A stretch of 64,000 bases of DNA, from NCBI GenBank assembly GCA_014377015.1, contig JACMQL010000030.1, positions 5,759 through 69,758 on the forward strand, in the 5' to 3' direction. Position numbers and translations under genes: made by a program. The notes under the pieces are model-generated. The model saw only the letters and a list, made by a program, of their open reading frames with translations. It did no database searches and was not told where the DNA came from. How positions within the stretch are numbered: position 1 is the stretch's first letter; each line of letters starts with the position of its first letter. Of this stretch, positions 35,752-46,152 are shown piece by piece. The DNA is from Actinomycetota bacterium (GTDB lineage Bacteria > Actinomycetota > Actinomycetes > Nanopelagicales > Nanopelagicaceae).

Positions 35752-36585
35752 TTAATTCTTCTGGCCGGCAAGTGCACGCCCGGCCCCAGCAAGTCGACGG
35801 CTAATTGTTCCGTCAACTAATTCATCTGCGAACTTCACGGAAACCCCCCCGATAACAGTTGGGTCAATTTCAATATTGACACGCACTGGTTGTCCCACAT
35901 TTGCAGTCAACGCACGTACCAGTCGTTCCTTCTGAGTAGGTGACATTTCATTTGCCACTCGAACGTGGGCAATGACGCGGTCACGTCGGGCAGCCAATGC
36001 ATATAAGTAATCAGCAAAAGCACCTTCGATGCTTCGTCCGCGCAAGTGCGTCACCAACTGAACTACCAACGTTGAAGTTGAGGCGTTCGCCTTGCGGAGG
36101 AGGTTTGTGACCAAAGAACTCTTGGCAACATCCGCACCTTTAGTGGTGAGTGCTTTGCGAAGATCAAAGGATCCAGAAATCGTCTGCGAAACTTGGAAAA
36201 GTTCTTCTTCCAAAATATCGAGATAATTCGCGATATTTGCCGAAGATGCCTCGGCTTCAATTGCAAGTTGTTCCACGATGGGCACAAGATCTCCCGATGA
36301 AGACCAACGCAAGGAAGCGAGCGTCTTGAGGAGTCCAAGTGAAGGGGCTCCCAGAACTTTGCCGAAAATCTCGTTGACCAGATTTACCTTTGCATCAGTA
36401 TCGCGAGATGGATCCGTCAACGCGCGACGCAAGGAGATATTGCCAGCCAAAACGTCAGTGGCAAAGAAGAGTTCGGTGCTGAGAGAAGAGGCGACATCGG
36501 CGCTAACACCTTTTACGGCGTTGTCCAAAGCAGACCGCATAGCCACTAATGACTGGCGACTGCTTCCACCGAAGTGCACTCTCAT
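35752..36585 (-). CDS. atpH: F1 ATP synthase delta subunit (long actinobacterial form)
   Basis: OSCP/delta C-terminal pattern (TANVGQPVRVNIEIDPTVIGGVSVKFADELVDGTI) and operon position. Confidence 0.9.
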   Translation of the reverse strand: MRVHFGGSSRQSLVAMRSALDNAVKGVSADVASSLSTELFFATDVLAGNISLRRALTDPSRDTDAKVNLVNEIFGKVLGAPSLGLLKTLASLRWSSSGDLVPIVEQLAIEAEASSANIANYLDILEEELFQVSQTISGSFDLRKALTTKGADVAKSSLVTNLLRKANASTSTLVVQLVTHLRGRSIEGAFADYLYALAARRDRVIAHVRVANEMSPTQKERLVRALTANVGQPVRVNIEIDPTVIGGVSVKFADELVDGTISRRLAGAGRALAGQKN

Positions 36586-36635
36586 CTGAGTTAATCTCCT
36601 AGTTTCTTATAGATTCTTAGCTAATTTGCGCTTAA

Positions 36636-37169
36636 TTACTTACTGGACTCGAGGTCATCAAGGAAGCGATCAACGATGCGGGATTGGCGGGCCTGGTCAT
36701 CTAGGGCCTCTCCCACAATCTTGGACGCTAAATCAACCGCCATCGCGCCAACTTCATTTCGAAGAGAAGTGATCGCTTGCTGACGCTCCGCCTCGATTGA
36801 AGCGTGCGCTGAGGCAGTGATGCGAGCGGCTTCTTCTTGAGCTTTAGCCCGCATCTCTTCAATAATTGCAGCACCTTGCGCACGTGCTTCTTCGCGCATG
36901 GATTGCGACTCCTCGCGTGCCTTCGACAGTTGCTCGTTGTATTGAGCAAGTGCGCGTTGCGCCTCGAGTTGTGCTTTCTCGGCACGTTCGATGCCACCTT
37001 GAATTGCCTCCGTGCGAGCAGCGAACGCCTTTTCAAACATCGGCACTACCTTGGAGCGCAAGACTAAGAACAACAGCAAGAAGGCAATCGCGCCAACGAT
37101 CAATTCAGCGGTATGCGGAATTAACGGATTAGCGCCTTCTGGGGCTGCCAAATTTATTGAGCGAATCAC
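36636..37169 (-). CDS. atpF: F0 ATP synthase b subunit
   Basis: One N-terminal TM segment, then a long charged Ala/Glu/Arg-rich helix. Operon position agrees. Confidence 0.9.
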   Translation of the reverse strand: MIRSINLAAPEGANPLIPHTAELIVGAIAFLLLFLVLRSKVVPMFEKAFAARTEAIQGGIERAEKAQLEAQRALAQYNEQLSKAREESQSMREEARAQGAAIIEEMRAKAQEEAARITASAHASIEAERQQAITSLRNEVGAMAVDLASKIVGEALDDQARQSRIVDRFLDDLESSK

Positions 37170-37207
37170 TCTCTAACTCCCAATCTCTTAAAGTGCTACT
37201 GCGAGTT

Positions 37208-37411
37208 TTAGAGAACGAATGCGAGTACGAGGCCGAAGAGTGCAAGAGCTTCAGCGAGCGCGAATCCGAGGAATGCGATTGGCTGAAGAACGCTACGTGC
37301 TTCTGGCTGACGTGCAACGCCGCTGATGTAAGCAGCGAAGATCATTCCGGTAGCAATCGCGGGTCCGATTGCAGAGAGGCCATAACCGACCAGGTTGAGT
37401 GTGCCTGTCAT
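37208..37411 (-). CDS. atpE: F0 ATP synthase c subunit
   Basis: 67-aa hairpin with a GxGxGxG-like helix 1, an ARQPE loop and the carboxylate in LAEALALFG. Confidence 0.95.
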   Translation of the reverse strand: MTGTLNLVGYGLSAIGPAIATGMIFAAYISGVARQPEARSVLQPIAFLGFALAEALALFGLVLAFVL

Positions 37412-37463
37412 TTTCTTACCTTTCTAGCAAGTCATCAAGCGGAGTGCTTGATATGGGTTTGTC

Positions 37464-38228
37464 TTAGTGCTCGTCGGCGAGGGCGCCGGCGATGTATAGA
37501 GCTGTAAGTAGGGTAAAGATGTATGCCTGTAAAACTTGGACCATAAATTCGAAGAATGTCAGTCCGATGCCAAATGCAAAGGCAAATGGGCTGATTAACT
37601 TCAAACCGATAACTCCTTGAAGCAGATGATCTCCGCCCAAGATAAAAACGAGAAGCAGCAAGTGCCCCGCGAACATATTTGCAAAGAGACGTAAGGACAG
37701 AGTCAGTGGTCGAACAATAAAGAATGTAGCCAACTCAAGCGGGGTGAGCAGAATGTATGCAGCCTTAGGAACACCAGGCATAAACATGATGTCCTTGAGG
37801 TACTTACCAATTCCTTGCTTACGAATTCCAACGTAGTGAAAAACCACGAAAGTAAAAATCGCAAGGACGTAAGGAAAGCTCACGTGCGACATCGCAGGGA
37901 ACTGTAGAAGCGGCACAATTCCAAAAATGTTATTGGTAAGAATGAATGTGAAAAGAGTAAACAAATACGGTACGAATCGCATGAATTCGTGGCCGATGTT
38001 GTCGCGCGCGACATCATTGCGAACGAATGAGTAGATGGTCTCACCGGCAAACTGAAGTTTCGATGGTACAACTGCAGCTTTGCGTGATGCCATGATGAAG
38101 AAGATCGAAATCACAATTACTGAAAGAAAAACCAACAAAATTGGCTTCGTAGTGTAAGGATTATCGCCAAAAACTGGAGGGAGGTTGAAGTCGTTTGTAC
38201 TCGGCGGGACAAAGCCTTCGCCTTCCAT
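37464..38228 (-). CDS. atpB: F0 ATP synthase a subunit
   Basis: The conserved Arg helix LSLRLFANMFAGH is present. Start uncertain: ATG 38228 is preferred, and GTG 38258 is the longest ORF. Confidence 0.92.
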   Translation of the reverse strand: MEGEGFVPPSTNDFNLPPVFGDNPYTTKPILLVFLSVIVISIFFIMASRKAAVVPSKLQFAGETIYSFVRNDVARDNIGHEFMRFVPYLFTLFTFILTNNIFGIVPLLQFPAMSHVSFPYVLAIFTFVVFHYVGIRKQGIGKYLKDIMFMPGVPKAAYILLTPLELATFFIVRPLTLSLRLFANMFAGHLLLLVFILGGDHLLQGVIGLKLISPFAFAFGIGLTFFEFMVQVLQAYIFTLLTALYIAGALADEH

Positions 38229-38388
38229 CTTCAACAAGTGCAACGAACGCACGCACACTCCTCAAGTTTCGTCGGTATTCGGCTAAACCATTTCTTACGT
38301 TTCCCGCGCCTGGCGGAGCCAACCTTATTGTGAAAGACCCGTTCCTGTTAAATCGGCAAAACCTGGAACACGACGGGAATTCTGGTAC

Positions 38389-38577
38389 TTATTCGCGTCC
38401 GAAACGGAGCCAAACTAAATAGATAGCCGCCCCTGCGCCCAAAATCAAACCACCCAACAGGAAGTACTTGGTGCCGAGCCATTGGTCGAGCGCCCACCCC
38501 ACGCCGCCCCAGAAAATCAAACCGGAGAGGAGGTACCCGAAGATCGACCAGGCAGCGCCCTCATCTTTCACACCCAT
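38389..38577 (-). CDS. AtpZ/AtpI-family small membrane protein
   Basis: 62 aa, two TM segments, with GVGWALDQWLGT matching the family core. It lies directly upstream of atpB. Confidence 0.7.
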   Translation of the reverse strand: MGVKDEGAAWSIFGYLLSGLIFWGGVGWALDQWLGTKYFLLGGLILGAGAAIYLVWLRFGRE

Positions 38578-38604
38578 CTCAAGTCCAATCTGAGCCCATT
38601 GTTT

Positions 38605-39063
38605 TCATGCTCCGGGAATATCCGGTTTTCCAGAATCCGAGGATGTCCCTTGTGTGGGCAATGGTAAGTGCAACTGAAGTTTTAGGAAACTTCGTATTTC
38701 CCCACCCAGCCAGGCGATCGTCAACGCCAGCGCCACAACCCCGAAACTCGCGCGGTCGATAGTTTCCCGCGAGGTGAACCTAGAGATGAGCCACAGACCC
38801 ACGCCCAGCAAGGCAATTTTTGCGAAGTAAGAAAAGAGCGCGAGCGCGAAAGTGGTCAACGGGTCCAGCTTTCGAGAAATTGAAGAGACCACAAGATGGA
38901 CAGTGAAGTACATCACTACGACCAACTGGGCCAGAACGGCTGCGAATAAGCCAGCCTTGCCACGCGTCACCGCCGCAATCACTATTCCCAATACTCCGAC
39001 GACTAATGATGGCATCAGTGCGCCTCGGATGAGATCTCGCTCGGGGCTACTCGTCTCACTCAT
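38605..39063 (-). CDS. Hypothetical 4-TM membrane protein between wecA and the atp operon (position of Mtb Rv1303)
   Basis: Hydrophobic profile and conserved position only. Start is ATG 39063 or GTG 39069; both overlap the wecA stop. Confidence 0.5.
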   Translation of the reverse strand: MSETSSPERDLIRGALMPSLVVGVLGIVIAAVTRGKAGLFAAVLAQLVVVMYFTVHLVVSSISRKLDPLTTFALALFSYFAKIALLGVGLWLISRFTSRETIDRASFGVVALALTIAWLGGEIRSFLKLQLHLPLPTQGTSSDSGKPDIPGA

Positions 39064-40156
39064 CGGCACTCGTCCTAGTCGTCAGTTGAGAGATGAAGGA
39101 TTTTGAAAGCGCAAGGCTGATAGAAATTAAAATTATGGCGGTGACCCCAGCAATCCAGACGGGACAAAAAGCCAGCACGGTGGTCGGAATGGCCACCGTT
39201 GCAGTCCAGCAGTACATGATCAACGCAGTGCGCGGGTGCGAGTTACCCGCGCCGAGTAGGCGATGGTGCAAATGCTCCTTATCGGGAGCAAACGGTGATC
39301 TCCCTGACTTCGCGCGTCGGATGACAGCCCAAATCAAATCGATCAAAGGGATAGCCAAAACAGCAAATGGAAGCAATAACGGCAAGAGGGTCGGACCTTG
39401 GTTCTCTGCCGAAATTGCATTGGCATCCACTTGGCCAGTAAGAGTAATTGCGGCCGATGAAAGCAAAAGGCCCAGGAACATCGAACCCGAATCGCCCATG
39501 AAGATTTTTGCCGGGTGCGAGTTATACGGAAGAAAACCGATGCAGACTCCCACGATGATTGCGGTAATTAACGATGGCGAACCTGCACGATTGAATCCAT
39601 TCACGACGGCGAGGAGATATGCAAAAGCGAAAAATGAAGCAGCGGCAATGGCGATCACACCTGCCGCCAAACCGTCTAATCCATCGATAAAATTCACCGC
39701 ATTAATCGTAATAAGGACAACAAGCACCGTGACTAATTGACCGATGCTCTGCGGCAACGTCACAACTCCATTGACAGGAAGCCAGAGGATTTGAATTCCA
39801 AAGAGAAGTAGCACTCCGGCAGCTAATGCCTGTCCTGCCAATTTGGTTATCGCATCGAGTTGAAAGCGGTCATCAATCATTCCAAGCACGATCACGCACG
39901 TGGAAGCAAGAAAAATCCCTTGGAGTTCACGTCCGAAAGATTTGCCCACCAGCGACAAATTTTCAACAATCAATAACGTAAGCGACATAGAAATCCACAT
40001 CGCCAATCCGCCCCATCGGGCGGTTGGGAGCTTATGTACATCTCTGCCGCGAATTTCTGCCACAGCGCCAAATCGTTCCGCCAATCTTTTTACAAATGGC
40101 GTCGCTATGTAACATAGAGCGGCTGCTATGAGGGTGGTGGCGAGGTAATCCCGCAT
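39056..40156 (-). CDS. wecA: UDP-GlcNAc:undecaprenyl-phosphate GlcNAc-1-phosphate transferase (MraY/WecA family)
   Basis: Polytopic GT4-family pattern (DDRFQLD, NFIDGLDGLA, FMGDSGSMFLG, HLHHRL). Synteny with Mtb rfe/wecA. Confidence 0.9.
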   Translation of the reverse strand: MRDYLATTLIAAALCYIATPFVKRLAERFGAVAEIRGRDVHKLPTARWGGLAMWISMSLTLLIVENLSLVGKSFGRELQGIFLASTCVIVLGMIDDRFQLDAITKLAGQALAAGVLLLFGIQILWLPVNGVVTLPQSIGQLVTVLVVLITINAVNFIDGLDGLAAGVIAIAAASFFAFAYLLAVVNGFNRAGSPSLITAIIVGVCIGFLPYNSHPAKIFMGDSGSMFLGLLLSSAAITLTGQVDANAISAENQGPTLLPLLLPFAVLAIPLIDLIWAVIRRAKSGRSPFAPDKEHLHHRLLGAGNSHPRTALIMYCWTATVAIPTTVLAFCPVWIAGVTAIILISISLALSKSFISQLTTRTSADE

Positions 40157-40176
40157 GATCGATTACGGCGCAGTCT

Positions 40177-41442
40177 TTATGCGGCGTAGATCGGAAAACG
40201 AGCAGTGAGCGCGTGCACATCGGACTTGATGGCCGCGAGCGCGTTCTCGTCATCAGTGGCGATCGCGCGTGCGATGAGCGATGCAATCTGCTTCATTTCT
40301 GCGGCACCCATTCCTTGCGTCGTCGTCGCAGCTGAACCGACTCGAATGCCGCTTGTGACCATCGGTGACTCTGGATCAAAAGGAATCGCGTTCTTGTTAA
40401 GGACGATTCCCGCCTGACCGCATCTTTGATCAGCAACCTTGCCATTCACATTTGCATTGCGGATATCGATCAGCGCCAGGTGCGTTTGAGTCCCTCCGGA
40501 TACTGCGCGCATTCCTTCATCTTCAAGCGAGGCCGCCAATACCTGACAATTAGAAATTACCTTCTTTGCGTACTCTTGATACTCGGGAGTTGCGCACTCT
40601 CGAAGAGCGACGGCTTTGCCCGCGACTGCAGACATAATCGGACCGCCTTGCGTTCCAGGAAATACCGCTTTGTCTATTGCAGTTGCATGTTCGGCTTTAC
40701 AGACGATCATTCCACCGCGCGGTCCACGCAAAACTTTATGTGTGGTGAAGGAAACGACATCGGCGTATGGCACTGGTGACGGAATTGCCTTGCCTGCCAC
40801 AAGTCCGATGAAGTGCGCCGCGTCCACCCACATGATTGCGCCCACTTCATCGCAAATTGCGCGAACTTTTTCGAAATCGATCAAGCTTGGATACGCGGTG
40901 GCGCCAGAGCAGATCATCTTGGGCTTGTTGGCAATAGCCAAGTCGCGCAATTCGTCGTAATCAATGAGTTCATTGTCAGCACGCACACCGTAGGAAACTA
41001 TGTTGAACCACTTTCCAGAGAAGTTCACTTTGGAGCCATGGGTCAAGTGTCCGCCGTGCGGGAGGGACATCGCCAGAATTGTGTCGCCAGGTTTGGTGAA
41101 GGCAGCATAAACCGCAATGTTCGCGCTCGCGCCAGAATGCGGCTGAACATTGGCGTGCTCAGCCCCGAAGAGCGCCTTGGCACGATCAATGGCTAAGTTC
41201 TCAGCCTTGTCAACTTCTTCGCAGCCACCGTAATAACGCTTCCCTGGATATCCCTCAGCATATTTATTAGACAGGGTTGAACCTAAGGCAGCTAGAACTG
41301 CGCGTGAAGTGAAGTTCTCGCTCGCAATTAACTGAACGTCCGTTTGTTGTCGATGCAATTCTGAAAGCAGCACGGCCGCGATATCCGGATCTTGTTGCGA
41401 GAGTAAATCAAAGTCTGGACCGTAAAAAGGTGTATCTGACAT
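40177..41442 (-). CDS. glyA: Serine hydroxymethyltransferase
   Basis: Motifs SNKYAEGYPGKRYYGGC and TTHKVLRGPRGG (PLP lysine). Confidence 0.97.
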   Translation of the reverse strand: MSDTPFYGPDFDLLSQQDPDIAAVLLSELHRQQTDVQLIASENFTSRAVLAALGSTLSNKYAEGYPGKRYYGGCEEVDKAENLAIDRAKALFGAEHANVQPHSGASANIAVYAAFTKPGDTILAMSLPHGGHLTHGSKVNFSGKWFNIVSYGVRADNELIDYDELRDLAIANKPKMICSGATAYPSLIDFEKVRAICDEVGAIMWVDAAHFIGLVAGKAIPSPVPYADVVSFTTHKVLRGPRGGMIVCKAEHATAIDKAVFPGTQGGPIMSAVAGKAVALRECATPEYQEYAKKVISNCQVLAASLEDEGMRAVSGGTQTHLALIDIRNANVNGKVADQRCGQAGIVLNKNAIPFDPESPMVTSGIRVGSAATTTQGMGAAEMKQIASLIARAIATDDENALAAIKSDVHALTARFPIYAA

Positions 41443-41488
41443 GATCCAAGCCTATTGCCAGGGCGGACTAACTATTCACTCCGCATGT

Positions 41489-42145
41489 TTACTCCGGCGT
41501 AGTGTCTTCCAGAATCGCCGGGAGCACCTCGGCCAATTGTTCGAGAGTAATCGCGCCAACTCTTTCCACGAGAAGTTCTGTCTCAGTTGCTAAGACGATC
41601 GTCGAACTCGGACCGCTTTCCAATTCGCCCGCGTGAAAAATTCCCGCTAAATCCCTGTCTAAGGCGGGAATGGAAGAGACATCCAACGTCGCCGGCTGGC
41701 CAACACGCGCCGCACTTGCCACGGCAAGTGGACCAGTCTTGCGAAGCAGGCGCAACATAAATTCAGATGACGGAACGCGAACACTTACTTCGTCGAGCCG
41801 CTTATCGTCGCCAAGATCCCAGGACAGCCCGCGATGTGGCAACAAAGTAAACGAAAGGAGACCCGGCCAAAATGCATCCATCAAGGTTCTAGCACCAGTC
41901 GGCACTTCACGCGTAATTCCGCTCAACACTGAAGTATCCGCAACCATTACTTGTGCGACAACGCCTAAGTCATCTCCGCGCAGCACATGAATCGCGCGCA
42001 CCGCATCATGAGAAAAAGCGTCCGCAAGAAAGGCATAACCGTGTTCCAGAGGCGCGACGATAATGAAACCGGAGGCGATCCATTGACGGGCTTGCTCGAC
42101 ATGTTCGTCGAGATCTCCTTCCCGAATATCAACTTCCTGCGCCAT
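41489..42145 (-). CDS. YrdC/Sua5-family protein, probable L-threonylcarbamoyladenylate synthase (Rv1301 position)
   Basis: YrdC-fold length and pattern (STIV...L.ERVGAI). It is divergent in the usual KGR motif, so the call leans on synteny between prmC and glyA. Confidence 0.65.
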   Translation of the reverse strand: MAQEVDIREGDLDEHVEQARQWIASGFIIVAPLEHGYAFLADAFSHDAVRAIHVLRGDDLGVVAQVMVADTSVLSGITREVPTGARTLMDAFWPGLLSFTLLPHRGLSWDLGDDKRLDEVSVRVPSSEFMLRLLRKTGPLAVASAARVGQPATLDVSSIPALDRDLAGIFHAGELESGPSSTIVLATETELLVERVGAITLEQLAEVLPAILEDTTPE

Positions 42146-42147
42146 AG

Positions 42148-42996
42148 CTACCGCCTCTCTGCGCTGGTCCAGCGCGCCCGCTCATTGTGGTCGAGATGCT
42201 GCGTGATGCCAACGAAATTGCCTGCCAATTCATCTGAAATCAAATCAGCCTGTGCTTCACCATGCTCGATCAGCAAGAGCCCACCCGGTTTAAGGATTCG
42301 GACGGCGGCCGCGATGAAGATCTTGGGAACTTCCATTCCTGTCGGACCGCCAAACAAGGCAACAGCTGGTTCAAATTCGACGACTTCGCGCGGAAGATCT
42401 GCCCCATCGTGGATATATGGAGGATTTGCTACGACGATATCGGCCTTCACTCCCTGCAGTGCTGTCGCTACATCTTCTTCAATGACACTGATTTGTGCCT
42501 CGCAGGCTGCAATATTTTTCTTTAGGTAAACCAGCGCCGCCGGATCTTTTTCCACGGCAACAACTCGTGCGTTTGGAGCCTGGGTAGCAATTGCAATCGC
42601 CAATGCGCCAGAACCTGCGCCAAGATCAACGACGCTGACCTGAGTACGAATTTGTTGCAGGTGAGTCAGTACGCTCTCCGCAATTGCCTCCGTTTCGGGT
42701 CGCGGTACCAAGACTCCAGGTCCGACACTCAAAGTCACATTATGAAAGTATGCAACTTCGGTGATGTATTGAAGTGGTTCACCCGCGAGGCGACGCTGGC
42801 AGGCGATCTCAAATTCATCAAAAATATCGCTGACGTTGTGCGCCTCAGAAAGTCTTTGCTCAACTTTGACGCTGTTATGCAAATCCATTCGACTGATACC
42901 TAAGAGATGCGCCAGCAGGAGTTCTGCATCAACTTCGTTGATGCCCACCTCACGAAAAGCGGACTTTGAATTCTGAAGGCGTGTTCGAAGTTCCAT
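42148..42996 (-). CDS. prmC: Release-factor glutamine N5-methyltransferase
   Basis: SAM-binding VVDLGAGSGA and the catalytic VANPPYI motif. Immediately downstream of prfA. Confidence 0.92.
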   Translation of the reverse strand: MELRTRLQNSKSAFREVGINEVDAELLLAHLLGISRMDLHNSVKVEQRLSEAHNVSDIFDEFEIACQRRLAGEPLQYITEVAYFHNVTLSVGPGVLVPRPETEAIAESVLTHLQQIRTQVSVVDLGAGSGALAIAIATQAPNARVVAVEKDPAALVYLKKNIAACEAQISVIEEDVATALQGVKADIVVANPPYIHDGADLPREVVEFEPAVALFGGPTGMEVPKIFIAAAVRILKPGGLLLIEHGEAQADLISDELAGNFVGITQHLDHNERARWTSAERR

Positions 42997-42998
42997 CG

Positions 42999-44081
42999 TT
43001 ATTTGGTAGATGCCAGTTTCGCGGCCTTATCGGCATCGAGAAGCGACTGAATGATCAGATCCAATTCTCCGCCAAGTACGGCATCCAAATTATTGGCTTT
43101 GTAGTTAACGCGGTGGTCGCTGATGCGGTTCTCGGGGAAATTGTAGGTTCGGATTCTTTCACTTCTATCAACTGTGCGAACTTGACTCTTGCGTTCGGCT
43201 GATGCCACTTCTTCAGCAGCTTCTTGAGCTGCAGCAAGCATGCGCGCGCGCAGAATTCGAAGTGCGGATTCCTTGTTCTGTAATTGACTTTTTTCATTCT
43301 GACAAGAGACAACAATGCCAGTCGGGACATGTGTGATACGAACAGCCGAGTCGGTTGTATTGACACTCTGACCGCCAGGACCGCTCGAGCGAAAAACATC
43401 GATTCGAAGATCGTTCATATTGATGTCAACATCAATTTCTTCAGCTTCAGGAAGAACCAGCACGCCTGCCGCTGAAGTGTGAATTCTTCCTTGAGATTCG
43501 GTCTCAGGTACGCGCTGCACTCGATGTACGCCGCCTTCGAATTTCAAGCGAGCATAAGGTGATTGGCCAGGCTCGGCTACGCCACGTGACTTAACCGCGA
43601 AAGAAATATCTTTGTAGCCACCGAGATCGCTCTCCGTTGCATCGATAACCTCGATCTTCCACCCTTGCTTCTCCGCATACCGCAAGTACATGCGCAAAAG
43701 ATCTCCTGCAAAAAGAGCGGACTCATCTCCACCCGCACCAGCTTTGATTTCCATGATGACATCTCGATCATCATTGGGGTCACGGGGCAGAAGTAGTTCT
43801 TCAAGTTTCGTTGCCGTGGCATCACGCACATTTTCCAACTCGGGAATTTCTGTCTCAAATTCGGAGTCTGTCTCAGCAAGTTCCTTTGCAACTGCCAAAT
43901 CATCTTCAGCGGCACGCCATTGCCGATATCCGGCGACCACTGGACCGAGCTGGGCGTAGCGACGTCCCAAAGTACGGGCTTTGCCTTGATCGTTATGGAT
44001 CGAAGGATCAGCCATTTGCGCTTCAAGTTCGGCGTACTCACGAACCAAGTCGTGTGCAGATGCAAAACGATCATTACTCAT
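42999..44081 (-). CDS. prfA: Peptide chain release factor 1
   Basis: GGQ loop [10 protein letters not shown] and the RF1-type tripeptide PET in [14 protein letters not shown]. Confidence 0.96.
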   Translation of the reverse strand: MSNDRFASAHDLVREYAELEAQMADPSIHNDQGKARTLGRRYAQLGPVVAGYRQWRAAEDDLAVAKELAETDSEFETEIPELENVRDATATKLEELLLPRDPNDDRDVIMEIKAGAGGDESALFAGDLLRMYLRYAEKQGWKIEVIDATESDLGGYKDISFAVKSRGVAEPGQSPYARLKFEGGVHRVQRVPETESQGRIHTSAAGVLVLPEAEEIDVDINMNDLRIDVFRSSGPGGQSVNTTDSAVRITHVPTGIVVSCQNEKSQLQNKESALRILRARMLAAAQEAAEEVASAERKSQVRTVDRSERIRTYNFPENRISDHRVNYKANNLDAVLGGELDLIIQSLLDADKAAKLASTK

Positions 44082-44121
44082 ATTCGCCCCCGCTCCGCTT
44101 GATCTTGTCGCCGTTCATTAC

Positions 44122-44171
44122 TTTGGAAAATAAAAAGACCGCAACCGTCACCGAAGCAACGGAAGCGGTCT
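44122..44171 (-). terminator. Intrinsic terminator after rpmE
   Basis: On the - strand RNA: AGACCGC-UU-CCGU-UGC(UUCG)GUG-ACGG-UU-GCGGUCU followed by UUUUAUUUUCC. Outer stem is 7 bp, inner stem 4 bp, and the tip can close as C(UUCG)G. Confidence 0.8.
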
Positions 44172-44181
44172 ATTTAAAAAG

Positions 44182-44397
44182 CTACTTAACGCCTGATTTT
44201 CCGAAGCGCTCTTCGAACTTCGCAACGCGTCCACCAGTGTCAAGAATTCTCTGCTTGCCGGTGTAAAAGGGATGGCATGCGGAACAAACTTCAACGTAGA
44301 TGGAACCGCTAGGAACGGTTGAGCGAGTAGTAAATGTCTCGCCACAGCCGCAGGTGACTTTAGTTTCACCGTATTGCGGATGAATTTCCTTCTTCAT
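44182..44397 (-). CDS. rpmE: 50S ribosomal protein L31 (Zn-ribbon type A)
   Basis: MKKEIHPQY..., CGCGETF...[12 protein letters not shown]. Confidence 0.96.
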   Translation of the reverse strand: MKKEIHPQYGETKVTCGCGETFTTRSTVPSGSIYVEVCSACHPFYTGKQRILDTGGRVAKFEERFGKSGVK

Positions 44398-44556
44398 GGT
44401 CAGTCCTTTCGATGTGACTGGGTCGGTACTTAATCAGGTCGCCGCCTGTTGAATTCCGTGAACCAGTTCGTGAGTCCCCAAGAGTAATGGGCGACACCTT
44501 GGCTTGCGAAATCCAAAGGTTAAAACTATGAAATCAAGCGTAAAAAGAGCCAGGAT

Positions 44557-46152
44557 TTAACCGTCAGCCCCCGGTCCCACGATGGTCTTTTGGACCTGCA
44601 TGAGGAATTCAACGTTGGATTTCGTACCCTTCATTCTCTCCAAGAGAAGTTCTAGGGCTTGCTGGGTATCGAGTGCGTGGAGCACGCGGCGCAATTTCCA
44701 AACAATGTTGAGTTCTTCGGCACCCATCAGAATCTCTTCTTTTCGAGTGCTTGAGAGATCGACATTTACCGCTGGGAAGATTCGCTTGTCCGCCATACGG
44801 CGATCAAGGATGAGTTCCATATTTCCGGTGCCCTTGAACTCCTCGAAGATAACCTCATCCATGCGAGAACCAGTGTCAACTAGCGCAGTTGCAAGAATTG
44901 TCAACGAACCGCCGTCTTCGATATTTCGGGCTGCACCGAAGAACTTCTTTGGTGGATAAAGCGCCGCAGAATCTACGCCGCCGGAAAGGATTCGACCACT
45001 GGCAGGTGCTGAAATGTTGTAGGCACGTCCGAGGCGAGTGATCGAATCGAGAAGAACTACTACATCGTGTCCGAGTTCGACCAGACGCTTTGCCCGTTCA
45101 ATCGCGAGTTCGGCGACCGTCGTGTGATCTTCTGCCGGACGATCAAATGTCGAGGCGATAACTTCACCCTTGATTGAGCGCTGCATATCGGTAACTTCTT
45201 CTGGACGCTCGTCGACAAGCACGACCATTAAGTGGCACTCTGGATTGTTGGTGGTGATGGCGTTGGCAATTGCTTGCAAAACCATCGTCTTACCAGCCTT
45301 CGGGGGCGACACGATAAGTCCGCGCTGACCTTTTCCGATTGGTGAAATCAAGTCGATCACGCGAGTTGTCAATATGTTTGGTTCGGTTTCCAGACGCAGC
45401 CGCTCTTGCGGATACAAAGGAACTAGTTTTGCGAACTCAACGCGGTTGCGTGCCTCTTCTGGCTGCATTCCGTTGATGGTGTCCAAGCGCATTAAGGCAT
45501 TGAACTTCTCGCGACGCTCACCCTCGCGCGGTTGACGAACCGCACCAGTTACAACGTCACCCTTGCGAAGGCCATATCGACGAGCTTGTTGCAGAGATAT
45601 GTAAACATCGTTTGGTCCTGGTAGATAACCGCCGGTGCGGATGAATGCGTAACTCTCCATAATGTCGACGAGACCGCCGACTGGTACAAGAACATCATCT
45701 TCGGACAAAACTGGCTCTCGCTCTTCGCGCGGCGCGCGATCTCGATTGCTTCTATCGCGCCCCCGTTCGCGGTCACGGCCACGGTCTTTGTCGCGGCCGC
45801 GTCGAGAATTTGAATCACGATCTCCGCTATCGGCTTGGCTGTGCTCTGTGTTGCTGTCTGGGCCGCGATCTTCTGCCTGAGTAGAAGTTGAGGAACGGTC
45901 TTCTTCTGACTCCTCAGCAGCTTCGCGCTTCTTACTACGATTATTGTTGCGCTCAGCTCGTCGCGTTTCGCGTTCGAGTTTGGCGGCTTCACGGTTTGCG
46001 GCTTGTAAATCACTAATAGCCTGCACCAGTGCGTCTTTCTTCAACTTGTTGGCTCCCTCAACGCCAAGTTGTGTAGCAACTTCTTTGAGTTTCGGCAGGA
46101 GCATGGAAGATAATTCAGGGCTGCTCGAGCGTATCGTGCCTTTTTCAGTCAT
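44557..46152 (-). CDS. rho: Transcription termination factor Rho with an Arg/Asp/Glu-rich N-terminal insertion
   Basis: The C-terminal RecA-type ATPase has Walker A PPKAGKT, and the N-terminal SAF/CSD-like RNA-binding domain is present. About 90 aa of low-complexity insert (RRGRDKDRGRDRERGRDRSNRDRAPREEREP). Confidence 0.96.
   Translation of the reverse strand: MTEKGTIRSSSPELSSMLLPKLKEVATQLGVEGANKLKKDALVQAISDLQAANREAAKLERETRRAERNNNRSKKREAAEESEEDRSSTSTQAEDRGPDSNTEHSQADSGDRDSNSRRGRDKDRGRDRERGRDRSNRDRAPREEREPVLSEDDVLVPVGGLVDIMESYAFIRTGGYLPGPNDVYISLQQARRYGLRKGDVVTGAVRQPREGERREKFNALMRLDTINGMQPEEARNRVEFAKLVPLYPQERLRLETEPNILTTRVIDLISPIGKGQRGLIVSPPKAGKTMVLQAIANAITTNNPECHLMVVLVDERPEEVTDMQRSIKGEVIASTFDRPAEDHTTVAELAIERAKRLVELGHDVVVLLDSITRLGRAYNISAPASGRILSGGVDSAALYPPKKFFGAARNIEDGGSLTILATALVDTGSRMDEVIFEEFKGTGNMELILDRRMADKRIFPAVNVDLSSTRKEEILMGAEELNIVWKLRRVLHALDTQQALELLLERMKGTKSNVEFLMQVQKTIVGPGADG

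Noticed and set aside
39093-39740. 215-aa ORF antisense to wecA.
   Set aside because: It is the mirror frame of a polytopic membrane protein gene. The wecA frame carries the diagnostic motifs and the antisense product has none.
42999-44081. Checked the release-factor gene for a programmed +1 frameshift site.
   Set aside because: The gene is prfA (RF1-type PET tripeptide) with one uninterrupted frame. The frameshift is a prfB feature.
44398-44556. 159-bp spacer upstream of rpmE, inspected for a riboswitch, leader or Zur box.
   Set aside because: I could not recognise any conserved RNA-element consensus or Zur-type palindrome by eye. A covariance-model scan would be needed.
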